NCBI GenBank assembly: GCA_964016885.1
Contig: OZ024741.1
Span: 91,574,001 to 91,638,000 of the forward strand
DNA length: 64,000 nucleotides
Source of the DNA: Eledone cirrhosa
Lineage: Eukaryota
Direction: 5' to 3'
Shown: piece after piece, positions 13,911 to 26,630 of the stretch
Position numbering within the stretch: the stretch's first letter is position 1
Layout: each line of letters opens with the position of its first letter
Notes under the pieces: model-generated
Seen by the model: only the letters and a program-made list of their open reading frames with translations
Database searches by the model: none
What the model was told of the DNA's origin: nothing
Program-made: the position numbers and the translations under genes

Positions 13911-14354
13911 TACTTCATTTTAAAAATTCCACTATTTCTGCATCAGCTGTATTTCCTTACTTAAAATAAATGACATTGTCCTTAATATCGTAAAGAAACC
14001 TCATACGAATTTTGTTTTCATCGTGAAACAAGTAGTTATGTTGTCATTCAATCAAGAAAATAGCTTTTTGCTATTCTACAATGATTATAAAAGTTAGTTG
14101 ATAGCGTTCTTAGATCTATTAACTCCCCTGAACGTCATTCAATCACGCCTTAAGCCACCTTTGTTGCACGTGATCGCAATGGCAATTGTATTTGCTTAAA
14201 TGAAGAGCAGCATGACATTGCAATGTTTCTCTATAATGTGTTTAAAATTACATTACCACAATATGAGGAGGACACTCTCCTATATTGAAAATCTTTAATG
14301 GCAGTAATATGAAATTGTAAGAGTAATGGTTGTTTTCTACAAAATATTTTAACC

Positions 14355-14696
14355 CAGTAATTCTCAAAGACCCGGATCACAGCTCCTTGCATTCACAGGT
14401 TTCCTCAAGTCCTCCTCCGATTTGATTTTGTATTTTGTAAATTTTCACTCGAGGACTAGATGGACATGAACACACTTTTTAAACTTCTATAATTGTATAA
14501 TCCTAAACAGGATTAAGTCTTAAAAAGCAGTTGTTATGTTTTTCATGATCGCCCTTACAGTTGGGTATATTATTATTTCATTTGAGGTTTATGCCCAATA
14601 TACACTATTCTTTCCTACTTTTGATTTCCTCCACAATTTCTCATTGGACTAAAATTACACCCAGGGAGTCAAGTGCCTCACAGTTAAGAACCGCTG
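14355..14696. mobile_element. hAT (Charlie-type) MITE, copy 2
   Basis: CAGTAATTCTCAA ... TTAAGAACCGCTG; body similar to 4669-4960. Confidence 0.6.
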
Positions 14697-14947
14697 TTTA
14701 TATTTAAATATCTAAATTCTATTTGAGTTAATTGAAGATACAACGCAACGGTCCACGCCACGAATACTGTTATATATGTTCTACCAATTGTGCTCATACT
14801 GCTTTCAGCATTTCAAGCTTTTGTCTAACCTCATAAAACCCCACAAGCCACATATTCCCAAAAGACATTCTTGTTTGGATGATTTAGGGAATAATGAAAA
14901 GAGCTGCTACAGACGCGAAATAACACTAACAATAACATTAACAATTC

Positions 14948-15138
14948 AGGTGGATTGGCAGTATCGGTAGAGGCTCGGACGCCATGCTTTGACGCATAGA
15001 GTTACAGCCCTTGCCATTCTGAGTTCAAATCCCGCCGAGGTTAACTTTGCCTTTCATCCTTACGGGGTCGATAAAATAAAGTACCAGTAATGTACTGGGT
15101 AATTTCTGGCCTTGTGCCAATAGTAGAAACAATTATTT
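14948..15138 (+). mobile_element. SINE family A
   Basis: Near-identical to 5505-5695. Confidence 0.9.
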
Positions 15139-15602
15139 ACCTATTTTATTATAAATTGTTTACAGAAATATTTTCTTACGTATTACGTGTACTGCTAACC
15201 TGAGGTATTTCTGTGAGCAAGCATTTGAATGTTATAGGAAATAAAACTAAAGCAACGTATCTTTACAGAAAATGTGCAACTCTGGAAAGGAGAAATTTGT
15301 CTGGCTATCAGTCTATCATAATAATTAAAATCTCTTTCATCATATTCCAAAAGGAAGAAGTTAGGAACTGGACTAAACTATGTATTAAATGATATTTTAT
15401 AGGGAGGCTACTAATTCTGTTCTAATTGTAATAGATTTTGCATTGGTAACAGACCATAGATTTATAGGAGCTATTATGTATATGAAAATGACCTCACTGC
15501 AATTATCGTATCGACTCCATAACGATGAAAAGAGAAGTTAATATTTTACTGGTACAGGTATTGCAATTGGGAACCAAAAGGAACTTGACTAACAATGATA
15601 AT

Positions 15603-15714
15603 AATAATTGTTTCTACTTTTGGCACAAGGCCAGCAATTACCCAGTACATTACTGGTACTTTATTTTATCCACCCCGTAAGGATGAAAGGCAAAGTTAAC
15701 CTCGGCGGGATTTA
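15603..15714 (-). mobile_element. SINE family A, 5'-truncated
   Basis: Only the 3' half is present. Confidence 0.85.
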
Positions 15715-16762
15715 ATGGTAGACAGTATCTAGTTCGACACTCTGCCCGTTATAACCTAAACACAGTCTTCTACTCCAATAATGACCGTATTGGTAAATTT
15801 TCAAGTGTTTTATATGTATAACATGATAGCTCTCATTTGGTTTTTCTTTCGTCTATGGTTGATAGAAGAAAATATACTTCTAGTGTAGTTAGCCCGTATA
15901 TTGCGCGGTTTTTAAGAATATAGTTTTAGACATACGCGATTGAAATATATAAAAAAAAGTAAAACTGAAAAACATGCTGTTCTACATGAAACCACATCAC
16001 CTAATCTAAGGGCAAAAATATACCCCTATCACTATAATTCTTTTTGAGTCTTCTCAACCTCCAGAGAATCTGGTGTAATTCCATCTCGAAAACAACGACG
16101 TACATAGAATGGAGCCTTATGTATAAAAGTGTCTATTTCACTCTTATAAATTTTTTTTCTGGAGGGGGATAATGATGATAGTAGAATTAGTGGTATAATA
16201 GTCACGTTTTTTTCTTCATATATTGTATAGTTGTCTTTAAATAGTAGTGTTGATGTGTGTGTTACTATTTATTCTCACGGTAACAATGTTGATGCTTGAG
16301 TAGGTTCTGTTAATAGCTTTTTCCCGTGAATAGTGATGAAGCTTCTGGAGTAGAATAGGTGGTGGTGGTGATGTAGATTATAGTTGGTATGATGGAAAGA
16401 AACAGAAAGGAAGAAAACATGGTAGACCATGGGTTAAAGGGATCGATTGTAAGAAAGAATCTAGTAATTGATGGTTTCTTCCATTGATGCTTCTTTAGAA
16501 TGTTATTAATCGATATTGAGTGATGCAGCGTTCTGATTGCTGTTTGGCCTAGAATTTCCAGCCAGCTTTTAACTTCAGAAGATGCAACTGTACATCAAAT
16601 CAGGCAAAGAACAAAAACAAACAAAAAAAAAATACACATTATTTCAGGTATTTTTCCAACATGCTCTCTATGTTGTGTCTCCCATTGAATGCTGAGAATC
16701 TTCATTGTTTTTGTTTCAGCAAGCATATTTTCAAAAGAGAAAAAAGCATTCAAACAAGCAGG

Positions 16763-16804
<42 letters not shown>

Positions 16805-16879
16805 CTTGAAGGGGGTGTTTTTTCTCTGAAATTTATTTTTGGTTTCTGCCACTGCCCACTCTCTCGTCTTGCTATTTCT

Positions 16880-17025
16880 TCTTTGATTCCTCATTCAATT
16901 TTTTTTATGAAGGACTAGCATCCGAATCGATAGGACTCTTTTCCTAATATATCAATGTAAAACTAATAATATATTTCTTCATTGTACTGAGTCGTTTGCT
17001 TTGTTATTTCTGTTAGCATTTTGGG
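16880..17025 (+). mobile_element. Decayed third copy of the 9464-9620 Penelope-derived repeat
   Basis: Shares ATGAAGGACTAG..TCCGAA..GACTCTTTTCCTA.TATATCAA..CATTGTACTG..TTTGCTTTGTT. Confidence 0.6.
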
Positions 17026-17056
17026 TGCGTATGCACGTGTGTGTGTGTGTGTGTGC

Positions 17057-17760
17057 ATGGCTGGAGTGAAAATTAGTGCTGTGAAAACTGAGGTACTCGG
17101 TCTCTCACGAAAGCCTGCGCATTACACCCTTCATGAGAATGGAGTTCCATTGAAGCAGGTAGAGCAGTTCAAGTGTCTCGAAGCCGTGGTAACAAGTGAT
17201 GGAAAGCAGGACGCTTAATTAAGTACAAGAATTGCAGTAGCTCCAGCTTCAGCATTTGATAATCAGAAGAAGGGAGGTAGGCGTAAAAGCGAAACTCGCT
17301 ATCTTCAATTCGGTATTCGTGGCAACCCTTACCTATGGTCATGAATCTTGGGTACTGACCGAAGAAATACGATTGTGAATAAAAGCGACCAAAATGTGGT
17401 TCCTCCGAAGGATCTTTAGAGTAACGTTACTCGATAGAGTGCGTACATCAGAGAGTCACTCCAGGTAGAGTCGCTACTTTTCCTAATTGAGAGATCACAA
17501 CTCCAGTACTAAGGGCATGTGGTTAGAATATCTCAGGAAAGAATCGCTGGACAGATTTTACGGGCAAAACCAACTGACAGGAGACCCAGGTGTAGACCAC
17601 GAGCAAGATGGTTGGATAACATCCATGATCTCAGCTGGTCTTGCTAGGTGATCCAGTCCGATCAGTTGGAAACGGTTGCTTCTGACAGAACCCGCTAGAA
17701 GGGTTGCTTGAGGACTCTTCCCCATAGCCCTCCTAAGAACAAGTGCAGGAAGAAGAAAAA
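17057..17760 (+). mobile_element. 3' fragment of a second RTE-clade (Rex3/Expander-like) LINE
   Basis: KTEV..LKQVEQFK.L, TLTYGHESW and IERSQL..GHV.R motifs; (GAA)n-like tail. Confidence 0.82.
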
Positions 17761-18689
17761 GAATATATATATATTCCATTAGACTACAGTCCATTTTATT
17801 CTTTTCTATTTTAATATTTCTTTCCTTTCTATATGTTTGTATATTAAATTTTATTATAATAAATATGATAAATTATGACACCAACTAACTGAGTATAATA
17901 TACACCTACAATTAATTTCATTACAAAGCCACTTTTTTGTTGTAATCGCGGTCTTAATGCGTTTGTTTGTGTGTGTGTGTGTGTGTGGGTATGTGTGTGT
18001 GTATGTGTTTGTTTTCGTTTTTCATAAAGGGTATATTATGGACTTTATTCGGTTTGGGCGTTTTTTCCAGTTCTTCCAAAAATACTACCTTCAACAACAA
18101 CACCTACTCAACTAATATTAACCCCGCCAATAAAACTACTCCCAGCAACACGATCTCCCAAGACTACCTAAATAAACGCCGTCTCCACCAACATCACCTC
18201 CAACAACAACAGGTTGTCCACAAACATTAGCTCAAAAACATTATCTCCAACGATACCACCTCCAAAAACGCTAGTTCCATACAAAAACACACTATATCCT
18301 ACCGAACTACCCCAAAGTTTTCCTCTCGACGACACTAGCTATAACAAATTTACTTCCAACAGCGCTACATCAAACAACAATATCTGCTATCAGTTTTAGT
18401 TTCACAAGCCATTTAAAAAGTCACACAAGTGCAAGCAATCATTCTCAGGTTCTTTAAACATCAATTTAACACACCAAATCAAAATAAACACACACGTTCA
18501 AAGGTGGTTTTTAGTTAAACCTAAATCTTCTCTGTCTTACTCTTACTCAGCTCCCATCTATCCTCCACCTTCTCCTGACCGTTCTTTCATTTGTTTCATT
18601 TTAAAACACTACTTAAGCTAATTCTATAGTATTTCGCCATTTTAATACTTTCCCTACCTCCCAGTTCTTTCCCCTACTTCCTTCCACGT

Positions 18690-19030
18690 TTATATATATA
18701 TATAAACAAATATATATACATACGCACATATATACGCATACATATACATTTATATACACAGGTATATACTTATACATATATATATATATACATATACTTA
18801 TACACACACATATATATATGTAAACATATGTGTGTATATATATATATATATATATGTGTATATATATATATATATGTAAACATATATACATATATATATA
18901 TGTGTGTGTATATATATATATATGTAAACATATATACATATATATATATATGTGTGTGTATATATATATATGTAAACATATATATATATAAACATATATA
19001 TATATATAAACATATATATATATATATAAA
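18690..19030. repeat. Compound (TA)n microsatellite with TGTAAACA interruptions
   Basis: Direct reading. Confidence 0.95.
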
Positions 19031-19818
19031 GTATTAAAAAAATAATGAATAAAACAATGAAACAGTTCCTTATATTAAACAAAAAAAAGTTCATTATTTA
19101 ACGATCGTTTCTAGGACATATATGTGTTAGAATTGGCATGCATATTCAACAGATCTATGTACAAAATTATACAAAATTATACAAACTATCAAATATAATA
19201 TACATACCAAACACATACATATGCCGTCTTCAGAAATAATGAAATATATTTATTGATAATAACAACAATTCAAAATTACAGGTCTGTTTGGGAACAGAGT
19301 TCAAATTGACCAATGAAATACACAAAAATATATCAAGAAAATACAGTTAGGTGTGTGTATATATGTAAGTAACTTCGTTCACAGATATGCATAAAAATAT
19401 ATGTTCACATGCATAGGCATGTCGAAAAAATGTATGTAAATTCAAAAATTCAGGGCTAATGTCTCTGTATGTTTATAATCTACAGATAAAATACACATAC
19501 GTATATAAACATATATACATTCATATATACACACATATACATACATTCACACACACACGCGCATATACACATAAACATACACATACCCACGAACATACAC
19601 ACACACACACACACATATGTATATATTATTATTATAACTATATGGATATTAATGCGCACACATAAACACTGCCACATATATTTTAATCCAGATGCAGAAG
19701 TAGGAAGGGGGGGGGGGGTCAGTAATTACTAAGGGTGTCAGAGAACTGCCTATTTATAAAATGTATCTATAAATTTAGAAATAAAAAAATATATTTAAAA
19801 AAAATATATATATATGTA

Positions 19819-19867
<49 letters not shown>

Positions 19868-19932
19868 ATATATATATATATATATGTAAACATATGTGTG
19901 TATATATATACACACATATGTTTACATATATA

Positions 19933-20181
19933 CGAGGTGTGTCAGAAACGTTCCAGGACTGATGTCACAAAAGATTTATTTCAAAACCAAATTTCACACT
20001 ATGAGTTTTCTCCTTCAAAGTAATCCTCTTGGAGTATGTAACTGTAATTTTAGCTCTCTGTAACAATCAAACTTTTTTCTTTCTATTTTTATATACATGT
20101 CTTCTGTTTCAGGTCGTCAAGCAATGAGCACAGAGCAACAAACAAACTTGAAGTTTCTGTTACGGTTGGGGAAAACCCTCC
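19933..20181 (+). mobile_element. 5' fragment of a related mariner
   Basis: TA-CGAGGTGTGTCAGAAA TIR and MSTEQQTNLKFLLRLGKT start. Confidence 0.75.
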
Positions 20182-20335
20182 TTATAGATGGATGAGAAAT
20201 CCGAAATATAGTGTCTAATAAATCGATTCCAAGGTAACTTCATCTCTGGTTTTCCTTTTATTTTACATTTATTTTTATTAAAATAACAGATTAAAGTTTA
20301 TATATATATATGTGTGTGTGTGTGCGTCTGTGCAC

Positions 20336-20389
<54 letters not shown>

Positions 20390-20396
<7 letters not shown>

Positions 20397-21065
20397 GAGT
20401 AATGAATTCTTTTACAATGAAATTAGCTCAAAGAAAGAAATATTTCTGAGCCGTGTAGAACATTTAAATATAAATTAATATATATGATGAAACACAAATA
20501 CCAACATATCTGTATTTATATTGCAAAAGAAAATTTAGCTACGGAACAGGTTTGATTTTGAAATTTAAATGTGTCTAAACATCATGGCTATTTGGCAATA
20601 CAGTTCGTCTTTGTTGATTTATTATTTTAAATCGATATGGACAGACTGTAATATTATAATTAGTATACTTCATTCTAGCTAAATTTTCTTTTGCAATATA
20701 AATACAGATATGTTGGTATTTGTGTTTCATCATATATATTAATTTATATTTAAATGTTTTACACGGATCAGAAATATTTCTTTCTTTGAGCTAATTTCAT
20801 TGTAAAAGAATTCATTACTCTTAATATTATTGCTCCTTAGGTTGAGCTGAACGTAGCCTCATATATACGGCTGTTATTTCTAGCAGTACGGTTATGAGGC
20901 TAGCTAGAAACTGTGAACCATGTGCGTTACACAGTCTTTTAAATTATTTAGAAGTGAAGCATACCAATTTGTCCCTGGATGTTTACTGAAGAGAGCAGGA
21001 CATGATATTCCTTACACTTTTTCATCTTTTGCAATATAAATACAGATATGTTGGTATTTGTGTTT

Positions 21066-21071
<6 letters not shown>
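20390..21071. mobile_element. Penelope-type terminal remnant: ~152 bp inverted repeat (20390-20541 / 20676-20827) plus a partial direct copy (21026-21071)
   Basis: The arms differ at about 2 positions. The spacer's minus strand gives INKDEL..RH, resembling a GIY-YIG C-terminus, and a CTGAAGA half-core lies near 20986. Confidence 0.55.
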
Positions 21072-21108
<37 letters not shown>

Positions 21109-21110
<2 letters not shown>

Positions 21111-22090
21111 TGTGGTTACACAACAGTTAGTTCACCATACCGAGAACAATTGTTTCACCTTAGCGGATCCTCAGCTCCGAATGGGCATGGTTATAGGAAC
21201 AGGAAGGGCAACCGTACGAACGCGCTTGCGCAGAAACCCGGTCATTTCACACAAGCAATACTAGACTGCGTGCGAGAGGTGTAAAGGAGATAACTGCGAA
21301 AGTCCGAAAAGTTTTTAGGTTGAAAATAAAATTACAAAGAATCAGTCCGGTGCCTTGTAGTTATGCAATAGGTGTTTGGCGACGTGTGGGCAACGTGTGA
21401 AAAATTCACTCCTCGTGTTTAGGCAATCACTATTGCGTAATCTCTTTAGAATAGTTATTCGTTCGTCAATACATAAGCCACACGTCGGATTTCCCCTTGC
21501 GTATGGCTTGGACTTAGTGATAGCTTTCCATTGAATGGAGTAGTCTATACTTGAGTCCTTGAGGGACCATACGTGGCTCGCAAGTTTCGTGGATGAATGT
21601 CTGTCCGGGTACCTGAAGGTAGACTGGTGGTTCACGAAACGTTCCTCGAATCGGCCCTCCGCCATGCCCACATAGGATTTGACCTCCTGTGGTTCGTTTG
21701 GTCGGTTGGAAGTGACCACAGCTTCATAGATTACAGCTGGTGTGTTGCATTGCTGTTGAAGAGGGCAAGCTTCAGGCTTACGGCAAGACCACCCTGGTGG
21801 GGTGTTGCTCCTAGGGCTGCTGGTGATGTGGGCCTTCATGTTCTTAGCGCAGGAGTATCCTAGTTTAACTTTGTGTCGGTTAAAGATGGAGCGGTATTTA
21901 TGACCTATGGGGAAGTGTCTATCTAAGAGATCTAGAAATGTTTTTCCTACATTGGTTTTAACGTTGAGTGAGAAGGGAGGAGAGAACCAGATAGTTTGTC
22001 TATTGTTGCGCTTACTTTTCTTAATGGTGTTGTTGCTAGTGGGAGAGTAAGTGATAGGTTGCGAGAAGCCGCTGTTAGGGTGCCGCCCTG
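21109..22090 (-). mobile_element. 5'-truncated Penelope-like element, Naiad-type, GIY-YIG endonuclease end plus 3' UTR
   Basis: ORF 21342-22157 reads IWFSPPFS.NVKTNVGK.FL.LLD.HFP, CR....CPL...C, VIY...YVG, CGLC..E and LN.RSE....C.H. It is flanked by (TA)n on both sides. Confidence 0.88.
21135..21184 (-). ncRNA. Putative minimal type I hammerhead ribozyme
   Basis: The minus strand reads CCAUUCGGAG-CUGAGGA-UCCGCUAAGGU-GAAAC-AAUU-GUU-CUCGGUAUGG: intact core, palindromic stem III and an imperfect stem I. Confidence 0.7.
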
Positions 22091-22125
22091 TACATATATA
22101 TATGTATGTATATGTGTGTATGTAT

Positions 22126-22506
22126 GAATGACGGACGGAGGAACATAGGAGAATCAATGTCCATCGAATAAAGATTTTTTTTGTGGAACAAGAGACTCTT
22201 AGTCTTCATTAAGACATCTTTCTAGGAGAAGGTGACTGAAGATGACTGAAGATGCTACTTCGTTTGCATCTAATGGTGTAGACCAGTTCTCCCTTTGAGA
22301 CACATACATTCAATGTTCAGAAAGTGGGGTTGGTTCCATGCAAAGCCTTTCCTCACATCAGGCATCGCTTGATATGTAACATTTTTTTTGCAATGCATGG
22401 TATTGCTGGCCATAGGCAAATCCCCAGCATGACTGAAAACCCGCGTCCGTGATGCTTATGCTTACGTATCAAGCGTTGGCCTTACTCGAAATCGAGTTGC
22501 AGCCAT
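22126..22506 (+). mobile_element. Older relative of the bipartite RTE family
   Basis: Shares TTCTAGGAGAAGG and the 3' end TGGCCTTACTCGAAATCGAGTTGCAGCCA. Confidence 0.6.
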
Positions 22507-24217
22507 CATATGTATATATACATATATATATATGTATATATGTATGTATATATATGTATGTAGACACACACACACATATATATAAATATATATATTGTAT
22601 GTACATAAATACATATATTTACATATACAGTATGTATATGTACATTAATATAATTGTATGTGTATGGTTATGTGTATATACGCAAAAGTGTATGTATATA
22701 TATGTGTATATGAATACGCAAATGTGTATGAATATATATACATATGAATATAGACAGACTGACGATCAAATGAACAGGCAGACAAACAAACAGGCAACCA
22801 GATAAATAGATATGGTTTTATACGTGCCAATATAAGACATAGAAAGGGAATCAATTTTACTAGCCGTCAAAAGTTTTGTTTAACTTTTCTAGCTGAAAAT
22901 GCAGGTTATGATTTCCCACGATACTTCACACTGAACATCTCATCAGTGAATTCATTCACAATGTAATAGATTACGCTGTATTGCATAATATATAATTGCA
23001 TCATTCGGTTAATTACTCAACATTTTCAGAACAGTGAACCATTTAGTATCAAATCTATGTAAGATTGATCACTTAATTATATATGCAATAGGCTTAGTCA
23101 TAGATATGTGGGAAGGTGGATATCTTCGCAACCACGTAGTTTCCGGTTCAGATTCACTGTGTACCTCCTTGGTGAAGCATCCTTTCTATTATAAATTTAG
23201 TTTGACCAATGTCTTGTGAGTGAAATTAGATTGATGTAAACTGAAACTGCAGAATGGCATTGTGGTTTTACTATATCTATATATAGGAAGGTATACGATG
23301 CTGACGATAGCTAATAAGCTTGAAACTAGTACATCGTTCCTGTGTCAGTGTTGAACAAAAAGGTGACGTGGTTGCCTAAACACTGTACAGCGTAATTCGG
23401 GCTGTTTGTTTACAAACAAACAAACCGTGCATCATAATAAATGTTCGGTAAACAGATACGTGCATATATATATGTGTGCATGTATGTATATACATACTAC
23501 TGTACGTCTGTATACATATATGTATGTACGTATACATACATACATACTTACATATATATAGATCGATATTTATCTATCTCTATATTCATACACACGCGAT
23601 GGTGTGTGAGTGTGAGTGTGTAAAACGCATGGCAAACTAACATATACCTTCCTAGGTACTCGTAGTTTCCCGGAGCAAGCTGATGTTATTGCCGCTTCGT
23701 TTGTTAGACAATCAGGAAGTGTTTTCGCGTCCGTAGTTGAGTTTGTGTCTGAATTTATGTCCCATAACTTAGTGTTTAGCCAAAATGAAAACGTTCATAT
23801 AAGTACCAGACTAAACAATTATAAATAGTTGGGTGGATTTGATATAGAGAACAGTCGCACTAAATACGATGAGAGGAACTATTTGAATCCAGCGAGATTA
23901 TCCGCCCAATTTAGAGAAAATCCTTCTTAAGAGAGGCTTAAATCAAATAAAAGAAGTTAAGGAAGACAATTTCTAGAATATTTTTTTCTATTTTATTTTT
24001 GAGGGGTGAATGTCTAGAAAATGGAGTAGGGAGTGAAATGTATCTCCTTGCTTATTTGTTTGAAACACACATATTTTGACTTTGATAGATGTCCTCAGTG
24101 ACGTATATATAGTTAGCTAGCTGGCTTGACTAGGATTGCCAAATCATGAGAATAGGAATATGGAGAGTAAGGGTTCGCTAATTAATTACATATATAAATA
24201 CCTACATACCTATATAA

Positions 24218-24250
<33 letters not shown>

Positions 24251-24254
24251 TACA

Positions 24255-25881
24255 TTCAAATAAATTATCCAGGAGAATTGTTTAACACCACTACATTACA
24301 CAGAGAAATGGCAACCACCAACTACATAGATATAAAGGTGAAAGATGTAATATCAGCCATAGACGAAATGAGACCAAATTCAGCTGCTGGCCTTGATGGT
24401 TTCCCCAATACCACTGCAGATCCTTTTCCAAAGTTCCCTTGCAAGTAGTAAACTACCCAGGAAACTAAAAGAAGGCATATGTCCTATCCATAAAGTGGAA
24501 AGTAGAGCAGATGCTAAAAACTACAGTCCTGTCTCCCTGACATAACATATCGGGAAAGTCATGGAACGAATCATCAGTAGGAAACTGATTACTTTTCTAG
24601 AGGAAAATGGTTTTCTAACTGACACCCAGCATGGCTTTCGCCCGGGTAGAAGTTGTCTAACGTAGCTCTTACAGCATTATGACTGGATACTCAAACTGCT
24701 GCTAAATCGTTCGAACGTGGATGTGATACTTTTCAACTTTGCGAAGGCGTTTGAAAAGTTTCATCATGGAATGCCTGTCACAAACTACGTAGCTTTGGCA
24801 TAGCTGGAAAACTAGATGGATGGCTTCATGACTTCTGAAGATAGAGAGAAACCAGACTGTTGCAGCCAACTTCTCAAAGGAGCCGTCAAAAACAAGCGGC
24901 GTGTCTCAAGGAACCGTCTGGGGGGGGGGGGGGGGGGCACTATTATTTGTGGTGTCTCTCTCAGACATGCCCTCTGTAATACAGATAGCCTCTCTCACAA
25001 GCTATACTGATGACACGAAATTAGCACAGGGAATCAAGAAACCGGCTGATGCTTCTCTTAGAAGATTTAGATGCCATATACGAATGGCCTGAAGACAACA
25101 ATATGCAATTTAATGTAAGTGTCAAACCCTCTGCTATCAACCTACAAATATAGGACCATCACAATAAAGATACAGTGGACCAGGATGAATCAATACTGGA
25201 CCTGGGTATTGACATGAGCAATGATGCATCATCGAAATGAGGGCAATGTGCAGACGACTGATGGGTTGGATTCTGAAGAAATGGGGAACAAGAAATCCGA
25301 AAGCCATGTTGGTCCTCAGCCGACTGCACTATTGTTCTCAGCTATGGTCACCTCACATTGTCAAACTAACTGCAGAACCTGAAGCAATCCAACAAAGCTA
25401 TACCGAGAGGATTGTCTCAATGAAAGAAATGAATTACTTGGAGAGGCTGAAAAAACTAAAGCTTTATTCCCTGGAGCGAAGATGGGAGAGATAAGCCGTG
25501 ATATATGTATGGAAGATCCTGGAAGGGTCAGCACCAAACTTGGGCATGAGAGACAAGGCCAGCCCAAGAACATGACGCCACTGTATAGTTCAAAGGTCCC
25601 ATTCATCGCATCAAGAATAATAGCCTGGGGTTCAATGGACCCCAGCTTTGTAATAAGCTGTCAAAAAATCTGAGAGATCTAAATGGTGTGCATGTAGATA
25701 TTTTTAAGAGACATCCTGCTGACTCACAGCACGGGGAGAAACGCAAATAAGGGAAGCAGCAACAAACGCTCTTTTCGATCAATAGCTAGCCAACTAAAGA
25801 AAGCTGGCTATAAAAGTGTAGCATCAATGGCGGTGCCCCAGCATGGCCTCAACCTATCGGCTAGAACACATAATAGAGTAA
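24255..25881 (+). mobile_element. Older degraded copy of the same CR1-type LINE family
   Basis: Translated fragments NSAAG.DGFP, QHGFRPGRSCLT, FAKAF, YTDDTK and YSLERR; same 3' end GGCGGTGCCCCAGCATGGCCTCA. Confidence 0.9.
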
Positions 25882-25894
25882 TACATATACATTT

Positions 25895-25927
<33 letters not shown>

Positions 25928-25996
25928 ATGTATATGTGTGTATTTATATGTGTGTGTGTGTGTGTAACATCGCATCTTCATATGTATGTGGGTTCA

Positions 25997-26055
<59 letters not shown>

Positions 26056-26428
26056 CAATGTTTCTGCGTATATGCATATGTCAGTAATGTGAGCCGATAT
26101 AGCCTTTTCTTAGATTACATCTTTCAATATACTTCAATAAAGACAGTATGATATTCTCAGTCTAAATGAAGCACAATGTGAATGAATTACAACGTGGGTG
26201 AAATCGTTGATTAATTATTAAGAGAATGCAACTTAACAGAGAAGATATTGATGAAATTTATTGATTAATTAATAATAGAGAGTTGGCAGTGGAATATCTC
26301 AGTTGATGTCGTCTAAATTTGAACGATGAAGTCTACCTCCGTCTAAATTAAAGGGAAAAGACGAATGGTGAGAAATTAAACGCTAGAGAGAGTCAGCAGT
26401 CGAAATCAATACATTCATCTATATATGA

Positions 26429-26460
<32 letters not shown>

Positions 26461-26630
26461 TCTGAACAAAATCAGTGGGTAAGCACAGTTAAAAAAGGTA
26501 CTCAGAACATTAGTAGAATATAAGCATCATTATTCAATATTCCGTTTATTATATTATGATGATAGAAATACCTTCTACAAGATTAGAGCTGAGGATTTCA
26601 TACGAATGAAACAGCTCTGTGGAAGCCATT
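26461..26630. mobile_element. Short Penelope-derived repeat with inverted hammerhead-like core
   Basis: CTGAGGA-T-TTC-ATAC-GAA-T-GAAAC at 26589-26612; related to 45715-45845 (shared GGTACTCA and CTTCTACA.GA.TAGA.C.G). Confidence 0.5.

Noticed and set aside
15880-15910. Helitron-like 3' end (hairpin plus CTAG) on the minus strand
   Set aside because: The hairpin is weak, and no matching 5' end or second copy was seen.
18060-18400. AAC/ACC-rich ORFs
   Set aside because: Decayed low-complexity simple repeat.
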